A stretch of 64,000 bases of DNA, filler included, from Sphacelaria rigidula (lineage: Eukaryota): assembly GCA_964200075.2 (NCBI GenBank). It is 4 parts of 4 records of this genome, joined end to end, with 100 filler letters (N's around TTAATTAATTAA, not from the genome) between each part and the next. Parts side by side here need not be neighbours in the genome. Positions count along the whole stretch, not along the records: positions 1 to 16,014 come from CAXNAA020001516.1; 3 more parts are not named here. One strand, 5' to 3'. A program made the translations under genes and the position numbers. The notes beneath the pieces were generated by a model. The model was given only the letters and a program-made list of their open reading frames with translations, had not been told where the DNA came from and made no database searches. This document shows positions 1 through 11,585 of this stretch, piece by piece. Positions within the stretch are counted from its first letter, which is position 1; each line of letters opens with the position of its first letter.

Positions 1-835
1 TCCATGTGAGGCCACACACAGTATTCTTTCAAACGAAACAGAGTCGGCGCCACACCACGGTGACCAGCCGACCGTCTGTGAGTGCACCCTATCAAGCGAG
101 TTTGTAGAACCTTATCATCCGACGGAACCCACAAATCACTACTGCCAACACGCACGCGAAACAAACCATCGTCAGCCAAAGTAGCTTGACCGAAAGTCGA
201 AGGAAAATAATGAATACCGTCGCCGACTGTTTTGCGCTGCGCGGTACGAATGACATCTAACGAGGGCAGCAAACCATCGGCCTCACACGGGCTGTACACG
301 GCAATAAAAAGAACAGGCACGGTAGGAACCTTCACCAAGCGAGGTAGCAAATCTCCCAAAAAATTGCGCTCTCCAGGAATAAGTTCACTGACATACCGAT
401 ATTGTTGTTGGGCTACCAACAACTCCCGCATGTCTTCTAGGCTTGGCATCAGCCCCGAAGACTGTTCCACTTGCGCGTTCACCGCCTGATAGTCGCTGAC
501 CAAGCGGACTGTGTCCCTCTTCAGCACCGCCATCGCTGGACTCGCCCATACAGCCTGAGTATTCCTAACAAACAGACCAAATGCCACCAAAACTACGATG
601 CATGAAGCAAGCCACATGGTCTTATTCGGATCGCAGCGGCGAAGCTTAGCCTTCACAGCCTCCTTCATTGACTCTACGCGCGCTGGCGGATCACCACGCG
701 GCGCACGTCGAAATGTATCTACGCGACGAGCCAAAATATCGCGCAGACAATGTGCGCCATCGGCGCTCAGGCTCTTCTGCTCGGCCTGCCGCACACTATC
801 CTCAAGCGCACGTTCCCGTGCACCTCTCTCCTCTG
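1..835 (-). pseudogene. gypsy pol fragment: RT N-terminus fused in frame to RNase H C-terminus and integrase N-terminus
   Basis: Manual translation gives an open frame ERGARERALEDSVRQ...GDPPARVESMKEAVKAKLRRCDP...WASPAMAV...MRELLVAQQQYRYVSELIPGERNFLGDLLPR...GHRGVAPTL...WPHM that runs off position 1, which explains its absence from the ORF track. No YxDD motif is present. Confidence 0.85.
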
Positions 836-931
836 CTGGGTTTCCGGCCCCCGACCGACCAAGCGTTCCACCGCTTCATCAATAGGAGCGTCCTCCTTAA
901 TGGGCGCTCTGGAATGACCGTATGGATACGA

Positions 932-1468
932 TCACACGCCTTGCAGCAAAGTAACGGGGTTTTCCACGCCGGTTTGCACCGGCACAGCACGCGGGTGTGA
1001 CTTCTCCAACGCCAGCGGATATAGATCAATCCCGAGCTTCTTCATTGTCGCCATCCCAAATAGAGCCACGTTGTCCCTACCGGGCATGACAGCGAACATG
1101 ATGGGCTGCAACTGCACAGCTCCCCACGGCGTACGCACGCTAACAGTAATTGGCACCGTTGTGTGTGTAACCGTCACGGGAGCACCCGTGGCGGTCTGCG
1201 CCGTTTGCGGTCCGTTTTCGAACGGAATCTGAAGCTGAGCGCCGCCAAACTGCGAAGACATCTGTTCTAGCAACCCCACACCGATCGACGTGAGCGCGGA
1301 CCCAGAATCCAGAATAACGCGGGCCATGAACGAACCTACAGAACCAGGCAAGGCTAAATCTGCGCGTGAGCATTCAGCCTTGCGATCGGCAGGTACCACG
1401 CCTGCCGAAGAACCCTGTTCTGTCCCAAGAGTCACCTGACGCCAGGTCTGCCCTCCAGCACTTGGCAT
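932..1468 (-). pseudogene. retropepsin-like aspartic protease of the gypsy element
   Basis: ORF contains ARVILDSGSALTSIG and the C-terminal ALFGMATMKKLGID motif typical of retroelement proteases. Confidence 0.85.
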
Positions 1469-2529
1469 CGGTAGCTGCGAATCATCGGCCCAACCAGATC
1501 AAGTCGCCGAATATGCAGACGGCGCTATAACAGCCGTCGCAGCAGTAGGGAATGCACCAGACACGGATCTTGCCTGGCCGATGGGTTGCGAGCTATTCGC
1601 TCCAGCACTCCCCACCGAAGTATTTGCAGTTCCCACGTACACTGTCCGCCCCGCTACGGACGAACCATGAGACCCAGAGTCACCACCTGATGACGTAGTG
1701 GAAGAAACAGCAGCGGAGGAACCACCATCCGCCGCCGATTGCTTGCTACCGTGGCCGCCGCGCCCGCGTCCCTGATAAGCACCACCCCGTCCACTATGAC
1801 GACCGCCCCGAGATCGACTCGGCCGGGCCAGGCAACCAACTCCTGTCCTCCGCACGGTACATGGCTTGCACCATCAGGTTCTCTGCAAAACCCCGTTCTA
1901 CATCTGAACTGACCGTCAAAGCACGATCCCTGGCAGTTTCCCCCCCGTTTTGCTTCATCGTAAGTACCCTACGCAGGTCTGCTGCAGCCTGCGTAGCGTC
2001 ACACTTTCCACCGGTTGTAGTATACCCAGCATGCTGCTTCACAGCATCAAGCAATTCATCGGGGGTCATAGCCCGACCGTCCTTGTACGTGTCTTCGAAG
2101 CAGCGGTGAATGTAGACAGGAATGAATTGCCCTATGATGATGTACAAAAAAGTGTCGTTTCCGGCCGCGCGTGTGGTGGCTATTGGTTTCTCTGTAGGGG
2201 GCAGGGGGTGGGGCGGGGGGCGACCATGTTCACACGTTGTGACGGGTCGTCATGCCCAGCCCGTCATTGAATGTGCGACGTCTGTGGTGTCCTCCGTATC
2301 TCGGTCAGCGAAGTGATGGTAGCAAGTGGTTATCGAATGACGCGCGGTCGGCGGGAGTATGTGATTGGTCCAAATAGGGAGTTTTTTTTCGTTGGTTTGA
2401 CTTCGTGTCAGTATGCACTTGTTCTCCAGCAAACTGTCGACGCGCTCCGGCTTCGACAGTTGAACAATCCGGCGACCTCCGCTTGTATTCCGGGGGGTCT
2501 AGTTAAAAATGCACAGTGCATGTGGCCTT

Positions 2530-3960
2530 GACCTTAGCGTCTCACAACAAACGGAGAAATTACGACTTGAGATCGAGCATTGAGATTCGCAGAGGCATCC
2601 TATGAACCAAACAAACCAGGCCCGGGTTTGTGGTGATGACTCCAGCTCGTTCTCGCGAAAACAAATGATCGCTACCGCAGTAAACGGTCGCAATGTACTG
2701 TGCCAAAAATAGACCGGCCCTGATTGTCACTCATCTTTTATCGCGCCAATGCCGAGGGTTGGACTTCCGATGCTGGCCTGGAGAGTGAAGAAGACACAAT
2801 AACCAAAGCTTTTGGTACGTCAGCGTTATTTCTGTTGAGACCCTGCGGTGATTTCACTGAAAACTGCTTCATGACATTTTGCCTCAGCATTTTGCGATGT
2901 ACTTTGGAATTATGTATGGAGAGTCGCCAGGACATATGCAACAGGCATCTTCAGGTCCTTGAGAACTGTTCACTACTGTTTTTGCATGCCTTAGTCTGTA
3001 CGTGTGTCCAGGGGGTCTTGGTATGCCCACGGTTTTAGCCCTGGCCTGAGTGTATCAGTTCAATTTTTATAAGTTTGACTTGAAATCGAGTATTAAGACT
3101 CGCAAGGGCGGATCGAAAACAAAACTAAACAGGGCCTTCTTGGTGTAGGTCATTTCAGCTGGTTCTTGTGAAGAAAAAGAAATTTTACGGTAGTAGAGCG
3201 TCCTTAACCCTTCTCTTCAAACTAACACACGAACGTCTTCTTCTTCTTCGGTGGGCGCTAGCGATTTTCCACTCCGATATTCAAATCGAAAGTACCAAAA
3301 CCGGGTCGGTAAATGGGCTGCAATATAATCTTCCAAGAATCGACCAGCAGTGATGCTGAATTGCCCATTCTCGCGTCAATTTCGAGGGTTAGACTTCCTG
3401 AGTTGGCGTGGAGAATTAACAGGACACGATTACAAAAACGTCTTGGGGCGTGAAAATTATTTGTTGTCGATGACCTACGGACATTTCACTGCATGTTGGC
3501 GTTTGAAATTTGCCACAGATTTTAAGGTGCTTTGGAATATCGCACGGAGAGTCGATACTCGTAGGACATACTGACTGAAAGGATTGCCCAGGTCATGCAC
3601 AAATTGTCACGATTTTGAGTTGTGCTTGTGGCGTCTCTATCAAACATGCGAATCGTTTTTAGTCCTGACCTCAGTATCGCAGGTCATTTTCGCAAACTGG
3701 ACGCAAAATTGAGTGATGCGTACTGCAGGGACTTATCACACACAAAAACCGGTACCTTTGTGGTATTGGTGCGTTGACGTCGTTCTCGCGAGGAAAAAAT
3801 GTTGTTGACCGTATCAAAGCGTCCCAATTTTTTCGCCATGTGCTAGCGATTTCCCATACTGAATTTCAAGTCCCAAAAACCAAAAACGGGGGGTAAGAGG
3901 CGCTCAGTGTGATGTGCCGAAATTGAACCAACCCTGGTTCTTGAGGAGTTCATTCTCGCG
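2530..3960. repeat. degenerate tandem repeat, ~3 units of ~0.5-0.63 kb
   Basis: Homologous blocks recur at ~2566, ~3078 and ~3701 (acttga(g/a)atcgag...ctcgttctcgcga) and at ~2899 and ~3527 (gt(a/g)ctttggaat...ggagagtcg...ggacata). The block at ~3300 resembles ~16235. Confidence 0.6.
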
Positions 3961-4115
3961 TAAAATGCGAGGGTCGGTCTTCCAAAGTTGGCTTGGAGAC
4001 CAAAGAGAACACGATGAGAAGACACTCTTGAGATGTGAACATTATTTAATCACAAGCTACGAAGAACTCTCCTTCCCGACGTTGAGTGCTTTGTTCTGCC
4101 CCTTGAGACTGCCAC

Positions 4116-4718
4116 CTACGTTTTTCTGTCGCCTCTCAGCTGCGCGACCGTGAGGTTGGCGAACGACATCTCCGTCAACTTGAGTGCAACGAGGTCTGCC
4201 TCAGCACGGGCGATCAGATCCGTACTCCCACCTGCGGCACTGCCGCCGCCCTCGTTGGTCTGTTGTTGCGGAGGCTTTGCGACAGCGCGGGCGGCATGCA
4301 GTGTAGCATGCGGGGCCTGCTGCGTGGGCTTCTTCCTTTCAAGCAGATAGGAAACGATGCGTAAACGTCTACAGTATTCCGCTACCCTCACGTTGTGGAA
4401 CTTCCGGCACAGGAACTCGTACACCGACTGCTCTGCATCGAGGTCACGCTTCGACCCGAGTGTCGCATAGACACACCGCTTCCATTGAACCTGAACTGCC
4501 TCGGCCCTTCCTGCTACACCCTTTATTTCATTCGGGAGGTTTCCCATGCATTTAGACTGGGGAAGAGGATCTGAAAAAGCATGGTGATAGTCGGCCTTCC
4601 AATACCGCAACAGCTGGAAAAACTCCGATGTGGTCAGCAACAGACTCTTCCCTCGAATACTCCATTCTGACGGATTGCTTCCGTCTCTAATCCACGTATG
4701 TTCGCCGGAGGGCGCCAA
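4116..4718 (-). CDS. uncharacterised 200-aa ORF, possibly transposon-derived
   Basis: Open 200-codon frame with globular-looking composition (EFFQLLRYWKADYHHAF...VYEFLCRKFHNVRVAEYCRRL), no ATG at the called start, adjacent to palindromic repeats. No family recognised. Confidence 0.35.
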   Translation of the reverse strand: MAPSGEHTWIRDGSNPSEWSIRGKSLLLTTSEFFQLLRYWKADYHHAFSDPLPQSKCMGNLPNEIKGVAGRAEAVQVQWKRCVYATLGSKRDLDAEQSVYEFLCRKFHNVRVAEYCRRLRIVSYLLERKKPTQQAPHATLHAARAVAKPPQQQTNEGGGSAAGGSTDLIARAEADLVALKLTEMSFANLTVAQLRGDRKT

Positions 4719-5024
4719 GCAGAATCATGAACAATGACGCGAACACTCCGACGAACGTCGGTAGAACCCCTGCTGAGGAGCCACCCCGACACGAGAAACA
4801 ACACTGCGGCGTGATCCCGCTGCAGTTCGAAGCCACCTCTTGGGATACCGGAAGATGACGACGTTCGCGTTATCGACTGTCGCCATCAGCGTCTCGTACA
4901 AGACTTGTGGTGCTGCACAATGACGACGGAGACGGGATGGTACACGTGAAGAAATGTCTACGCCGTGTCCCTTTGCGAAGGACAGTTACGCCGCTCCTTG
5001 TCGCAAACAAAAAAAGGTCCTGTC

Positions 5025-5843
5025 AAAATGCTTTCTGGTCCTTGTTCGTCGTTTTATGCCCTAAGCGATAGCTAGGCGAAGTTTGACACGATGGAATGAC
5101 TTGCTCAACTCGTTGAGACAGTTCCCGGACATCTTCGCTTTTTCTGATGACCGCAGTTTTTTAATTTTGGCCAAAGTTGCGTTTTTGCCCAAGAACGGTC
5201 GATGACGGTCAAATCTAGAAAAAGCTTCCATTCTTGTCTGGACTTGACCGTCTTTGGTAAATAAAAACTGCGGCCACTGGAAGACGCGAAGATGACTTGG
5301 AATCGCCTCAATGAGTGGAGCAATTCATTCCAAGGTGTCAAACTCCGCCTAGCTCTCTTTCACGGCGAAGTATGACAAAGAAGGACCAAAAAAGCCTTTT
5401 TGCAAGACTTTTTTTTGTTCCCTGTAAAGGCCGCTTCTTATAGCAAAAACAATAAGCTGCATAGATGCTTTTTCGGTCCTTATTCGTCGTTTCACGCCCT
5501 AAAAGTGAGCTTGTCGGAGTTTGACACCTTGGAATGACTCACTGTACTCGTGTAGGCGGTTCCAGGACATGTTCGCGTTTTCCGATGGTCGCAGTTTTCA
5601 TCTTGGCCAAACAAACATTCTTCTCCAGACACGGCGAGGTCCAGAAAAAAATGGCATTTTTTTCTCTCGATTCGACCGTTCTTACTCTCTTTGGACGAAG
5701 ATTCAAGTTTGGCCGAAATAAAAACCGCGAAGATCTCCGAAAACCGTCTCAACGTGTAGAGCAAGTCATTCCAAGGCGTCAAGCTCGGCCTGGCTCTCTT
5801 TCTGGGGCGTAAAATGACGAAGAAGAGTAAGAAAAGCTTTTTC
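5025..5843. repeat. two tandem ~380-bp imperfect palindromic (fold-back) units
   Basis: Units ~5025-5403 and ~5465-5843 each contain ...tttgacac(ga/ct)tggaatgac near the start and the reverse complement ...tcattccaagg(t/c)gtcaa... near the end. A third copy lies at 61172-61556. Confidence 0.8.
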
Positions 5844-7277
5844 ACAGCACCTGTTTTTGCTTACTGTAAGGTGCGACCTTATAAAGACAGCAGATATGTT
5901 TGCAGCGACACCCATCAGTGTGGACGACGAAAACAATAATTGCTATCCAACGAGGGCAGCGGGATGACCTGCTTCGCTGCTTCCCCGTGCCCCCAACTTG
6001 GTGCTGTGCATGCGGTACAACAGACGGTCTAGTACAGTACATTTGTACTGCATAGTCGGACCGGTGCTCAAGGTAAAAGCGTAAACCGTACTTCGTGCAC
6101 AGCATATATACATCGTCGAAAACGAAAGCGTCGAGAAATTGGAGTATGTAACAAACAGTACAGACAGTATGATAGCACATCAAGACGATACAATACGAGA
6201 GTCATGGGGCAAAAAGGCGACTCGTTTCACTGTTTTTCAGGGTCCTGTAGCGTGCGGCGAAAATCCTGCAGGGTTTGAGGCAGATAATACGCGCCGTTCT
6301 CGCTGCACCGCGGGTCGATCGTCCCCAAAATTTGCACAGCATCGGCCAAGTACATGACAAAGCACGTGGCGCCGCCGTGTGTTCGGCCCACTGAAAGAAA
6401 CGCGAATACACCGATTGCACGCGAGGGGTATGCGGCTGCGGACTGCTGCGCGTAGAGCACACACATGCCGCTTTAGGCGACGCTCTCGCCACTCACCGGG
6501 TGTGTTGAGAAGTTTCCACTTGCCCAGTTGCTTCCACACGTTATAGCAATAGTCTTGTGCACTCCCCACGCTCTTCCATCCGGTAGTGCTGCTGCGGTAG
6601 CTGATGATGTGATGTGCTACTACGCGCGCGGTCTGCGGTGCTTGCCGCATGCGATTGTCATGTTCTAACAATCCCAACTGCAGCGTCTGTGTATCACGAA
6701 TGATGACGAATATCCCAGCGAGTGCACTATCTATGTATATATGTCATGAACTTTGATTGTCAGAACTTGCTTGCGGCAAGAAGAAAAATATGCGCACCGA
6801 CATGTTTTTATTTGCCATCTTCGACCTCGAAAGATGCTACTGATCCTCAACTCAAAAGTGCCGATCGCTCAAAGCTTATATCTCGGTAACAAAGCGGGGG
6901 ACTGAAATGCGGATTCTTGCGTGCGCTTCCCACACATCCAAGCTATTTTGCCTAGCTTGTTTTACGCGTTTGCGCGTGATACTGACTCGCAAATAATCCA
7001 AATATACTGAAATAAGGTGTTTTCCGCTCTGGGGGGGGGATTCTGGGCCGCTGACGCGACGCCAGCAAAATATGAATCTCGGTCCCCTAGATTGTGTGTA
7101 TACGGGCGGCTGTCAAGTACCGTGGATCGGCTTGCTTCCTGTGTCGAGAACCAGCATGTGTTCTGGTCGCGAGGGCCCCGGCACAGGTCCGACCACCTGC
7201 TGACCTGTCCATTATTCGTCCGCGTCATTTTCTATTTTAAAGCTTGTGTAGGTTTTTGGTCGTAAGAGCCCCCATTC

Positions 7278-7525
7278 CTACCCATAACGGTGGAGAGCGA
7301 CTACGTCGTGGGTACACAAAATTCGACTCCACGGTCGATGAAGGAAAGGGAGTGATGAACCCCTCTTGCGATAAAAAAAATAAGGCAAGCACCGCAGAAG
7401 GAAGGTGGAGAACTAAAAAAAAAACTCCTGTATTGGCCTTCTTCCTGTGTGACCCCGGCTAGTGCGCCCACATATTCCCGAAGGCGAAGATTGGCGTCCA
7501 GAATGAATGGGATGATAACACGACA
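7278..7525 (+). repeat. dispersed repeat, copy 1 (copy 2 at ~48552-48810)
   Basis: Shared gtggagagcgacta...gtcgtgggtacacaaaattcg...aaggcaagcaccgcagaaggaag...cttcctgtgtgaccccggct...ggcgtccagaatg. Confidence 0.8.
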
Positions 7526-10500
7526 AACACACACATACCACCCCAAAACGCGCAGTATAATCTCGTTTTCTTGTCGAAAACCGGTTCCAATGTGGAGAAG
7601 GACCGGTCACAACGCGAACAAAAAACTCTGAACAGCGGTTACGCTGTTCGATGTAAAGTTGTTTCCTATGACATTTTGACACGATATGCATGAGCTATGT
7701 TCAAAGAACCCCCCCCCCCCTTGACTTTCTTTTATGAATGAGTTTTCGAGGATTCTGTCCCGAAAAATGTTCCAAATTTCTGATTACCGATAAGCACAAG
7801 AAAAAAAAAGTGAAGGCGGAACAATAGGGGCTTGGCACATACCCCATGTACATCGTGTCAGAATTTCGTAGTGAACGACTCATAGTATTGAGCAGCTCAA
7901 CCGCATATTTTTATTGAGAACCGGTTGACTTGCCTTTAGAGTACAACCTTAGCCGGAACTTTGACGTTCTCTACAAGCTTTCTTCGCCTACTGCTCACCG
8001 GGTCGCACACGACTACCAGACGCCTTTGCGCGCTGGAGGTCTTGTCTGCGTACCATCTCAGACACTGCGCGCCTACAGTACGACATGCATTGTTGTTCAA
8101 CCACAACTTGTACGGACCACCACTTTGCGGCCGCGGCACAACCGACTGTGACCAAAATTCGATTCCAGCCGTTCCCCCCCCCCTAATTTCGCCGCACGTG
8201 TCAGCCTCAGCTATCTACACTTCGCAGCTGACTACAGTTTGATGTGTCGTTTGATGGGAACTTGTCGGGTTGCAGTGCTACGTGGATTGAAAGACGCGCG
8301 TTCATTTGCAGATTACCACGATGTGTCACGGTAGGCGCAACTCGCGATGCATCGTCAGTTAGAACTGGCGGAGGGAAAGTGGGCTACTTGGGCGGCCTGG
8401 CCTGTACGCTGCACAAGCAATCTAGAAAAGCCGCAATTTGCGGGCGGTTTTGCGGCTGAATCGTACCCCCAAACCCAGATGGTCTTTTGGTATACCCTGG
8501 TAGGTGGAGGTACAAATGACAGGTGAAAAAGAAGCTGGGCATTTTGGTATCTCTGTGTGCACATGGGAGTAAGGAATATTGGCTTGTCAACTGGTTCCTC
8601 ACATAATTACTTGAATTCGATTGCTAAGCTCAACGCGGAATCAACTAAGCAAACTATCTCATATCAAGAACGAGTAAATAGATGCATCAACGTGCCCCAT
8701 GTTGTACGTGAGGGTCACTATCCAGATGACGTCCAAGAACACGTGTACCCGCGACGGGGAAATGCCAATATTTTTTTAGTACATGGGTTGAGAGTCATTT
8801 GGTCTTCTATGGTCAACGCATGTAGGATATATATTCGCAACGAACGCCTTGAATGTACGGATATGTCAGCCCACGAACGGAACATGGCAAAAGCAAGAGG
8901 TGCGAGGGGGATCGAGTGGAGGTAGGATCAGATCACCGCCGATTTCGTGTCGTCTCGTTGGGTGCAGCTTTTGGCAAGTTATGAACAGTCGCCAAGGCTG
9001 ACCAGGCAGACAGGGATAGACAGACAAACCGGTCAGTGGTGTATTTCTCACCCACCCTGTGGGTGCACATTTTCCACTTACGTCGTTGAATTCATTATTC
9101 CGTACGAACAATGGGCAGGGCGGTTGCGCACCTCCACGAGTTCAGTCTCCTAGCATGGTGCTGACGTGAAAATGTATCAAGGTGTTGACAACAAACCGGC
9201 GGCACGATGCGCACTGATATGCCCTATTTCGTTACAGACGGTCATGGTTTCTCGAAATGAAACGCTATCTGGAATACGTAGCTAGAAGAGGGCGAAAATA
9301 TCACGATCGGTATCATTAGCGTCACTGCTGAAGTGGTTGATCGGCGGTTTGATGCCCTATGGAATCACAGGTACAGCTTCCGAAACCGTCCGGTAGGAGT
9401 GATGCTACGGTAGGGGTACACAAATATTTTCTGAGGCTAGAATTGTTAGGAGCGCTTTATCTCATCCCAAACACGACTTATGAAAATATGCGAAAGCACG
9501 CCAGGATTACTATTCCAATGTGCTGGGGATATCCCGAATGAGTCTACAAACGGGGATGCCCTGACCCATCTCCTTTGGGAGCCCCTGAACCAGACAAAAT
9601 TTCGCAAAGAAAGTGCACCCCTACCGTAGCATTGCTCGTAGGCCAGTACCGCCACATGACAGTCGTGATGAATACTCATGATATCAACATATTCTGGATG
9701 CCGTCCTCTACTCGTTGGCGTACAATAGCTCGTGGCACATTGTTTTACACTGGCCACGGCTGTCGGAGGATATCCCATCCTCTGCTCGTGAGTGATTACT
9801 GCATTGACCCAGTCTCCCGCACGATGTCGATTCGCACGTCTGCAATCTCAGGTGCGCACAAGTGACTCATATCACGCCGAAGAGGGTTCCCACGTGTGCC
9901 AAACGCTTTGCTACCTGCAGACTAAAGGTTTCGGCGTGAGCTGCTGAGCAATGGTGCGTACTTGCGGCACAATTTCGGTCGCCGATGGTTCGAAAGTTGC
10001 ACATACTGGTGCCGCTGAGACCGGCGTCGACACGGCAGCAGGTGAGAAGGGTCCCGGCGTTCCCTGGAATGTACGCATGTCTTCAAAAACACGAGGCATG
10101 CACTGAATACCTTTTTTATACAAAACTTATGGCCCAGCGCGTTGTCGCATGCTCGCGCATGAATGATTTCACGCGAAAATAGCTTCGTTTGACTTGCGAT
10201 TTGTGATGGGGCTCGCTTACCAACGCGCATCAGACAGTAGTCAAGGGCACATGATGGATAGGCCGCAGGCATGAAAGACCACGAAGTGAACGCTCAGAGT
10301 TCACCTCACGGCCCATAAACAAACCTGCAGTGAGTTGAAATGGTACGAATACCGCGTGTCGCCGTAGGCGAGTCGGAAATAGTATAAATCGCCATCATGA
10401 CCTTCCCGCCAGGCAAGTGGCGGCGGAAACAGGCTCAGGAATGCTCGCAATGATTTTCGCATTGTATCGTATAGTAGGTTGCAGCCGAATTAGGGGAGCT

Positions 10501-11585
10501 TCATAATATTTTGGTAATCGGCGATTTTAAAAAGTGTTTTCGCGTGCCACCGCTCATTCCATTGATCGTTTGATCTCAACGTTTGGCGATCGCGAGACAC
10601 TAGGCATCCACTTCACATTCCGATACAAAATCATCTCTGCACTTAATATTGAACCACTGACGGGCTGACCGGTTTTCGGGGGGTCCTGCGACTACCTAAC
10701 TGTCAGGTTTTGGCCCTTGGGTATTTGAACTCGATTGAAGTAATCCCCGTTGTTCTCGTGAACAAATGAAGAGGAATGCATTTTTGAAATTCTATCCCTT
10801 CATTGCGCTAGACCCCAAAAATTGTGTTTTTTATCATTGACGGTCGATAACACCCCCCTGGCGAACGAGAAACGTACTCGCCAGCCTGACAACAACAGTG
10901 GAGGATTGTGTCCTAAACGCCATCTGCCACTTTTTCTAATATCTATCGACGCTAGAACTTTCGAGTGCTGAGGAAGAATAATTTGAGAAAAATCAGAAAA
11001 GTACCCAAGAACGCAGATTGCCCAACCGAGCTCTGCATAACACAAGGGGGAGTGAAACATCCTAATCGCCCACGTGAATAAGGTTTCAGACCCTTATGTT
11101 TGATTTCTACCTGTTTATTGCGCTACAGCCGGAAATAATTGTGTTTTGAACGAAAAACGGCCGATAACACCCCCCGTTAGTTTAGCCCATAAGTCGTTCA
11201 CTGTTGAGCGCAGAGGTGGTTTTTGTCGCGGAATGTGGAGCGGATGCCCTGTATCTCGCCATCTCAAACTTCGGGAGCAAGCGTTCGCTGGGATGAGCGG
11301 TAGAATGTGAAAAAAATATTGAAAATCGCCGACAGCGAAAAAATTACAGAAATCCCCAGTTTCAGCTGAAAACAACTCTAGTCCGATTCCTTCGCGCGTG
11401 CCTCATGTGCGCTGGCCCCGGTTGTGCCATCTAGTCGCGATGGGTTGTACGTGTTCGTTACTTGATTACCCACACGAGCTGAACCACCGAAATGCTCGTT
11501 TCATGCTCTTCTCCCAGGTGGTGGCCTTGCTCTGGAGGCTTTCACCACTGCCCTCAACCAGACTTCCTCCGCGGGTGATCCGTAT

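Larger units (their letters stand above)
1..2147 (-). mobile_element. Ty3/gypsy LTR retrotransposon remnant (gag-PR-RT-RH-INT order), truncated at the window edge
   Basis: Minus strand carries a gag-like region (1499-2147, Gly/Arg-rich), an aspartic protease (ILDSGSALTSI), an RT N-terminus (WASPAMAVLKRDTVRLVSDYQAVN), an RNase H C-terminus (IPGERNFLGDLLPR) and an integrase Zn-binding start (HRRSAGHRGVAPTLFRLKEYCVWPHM). Frameshifts lie between segments. Confidence 0.9.
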
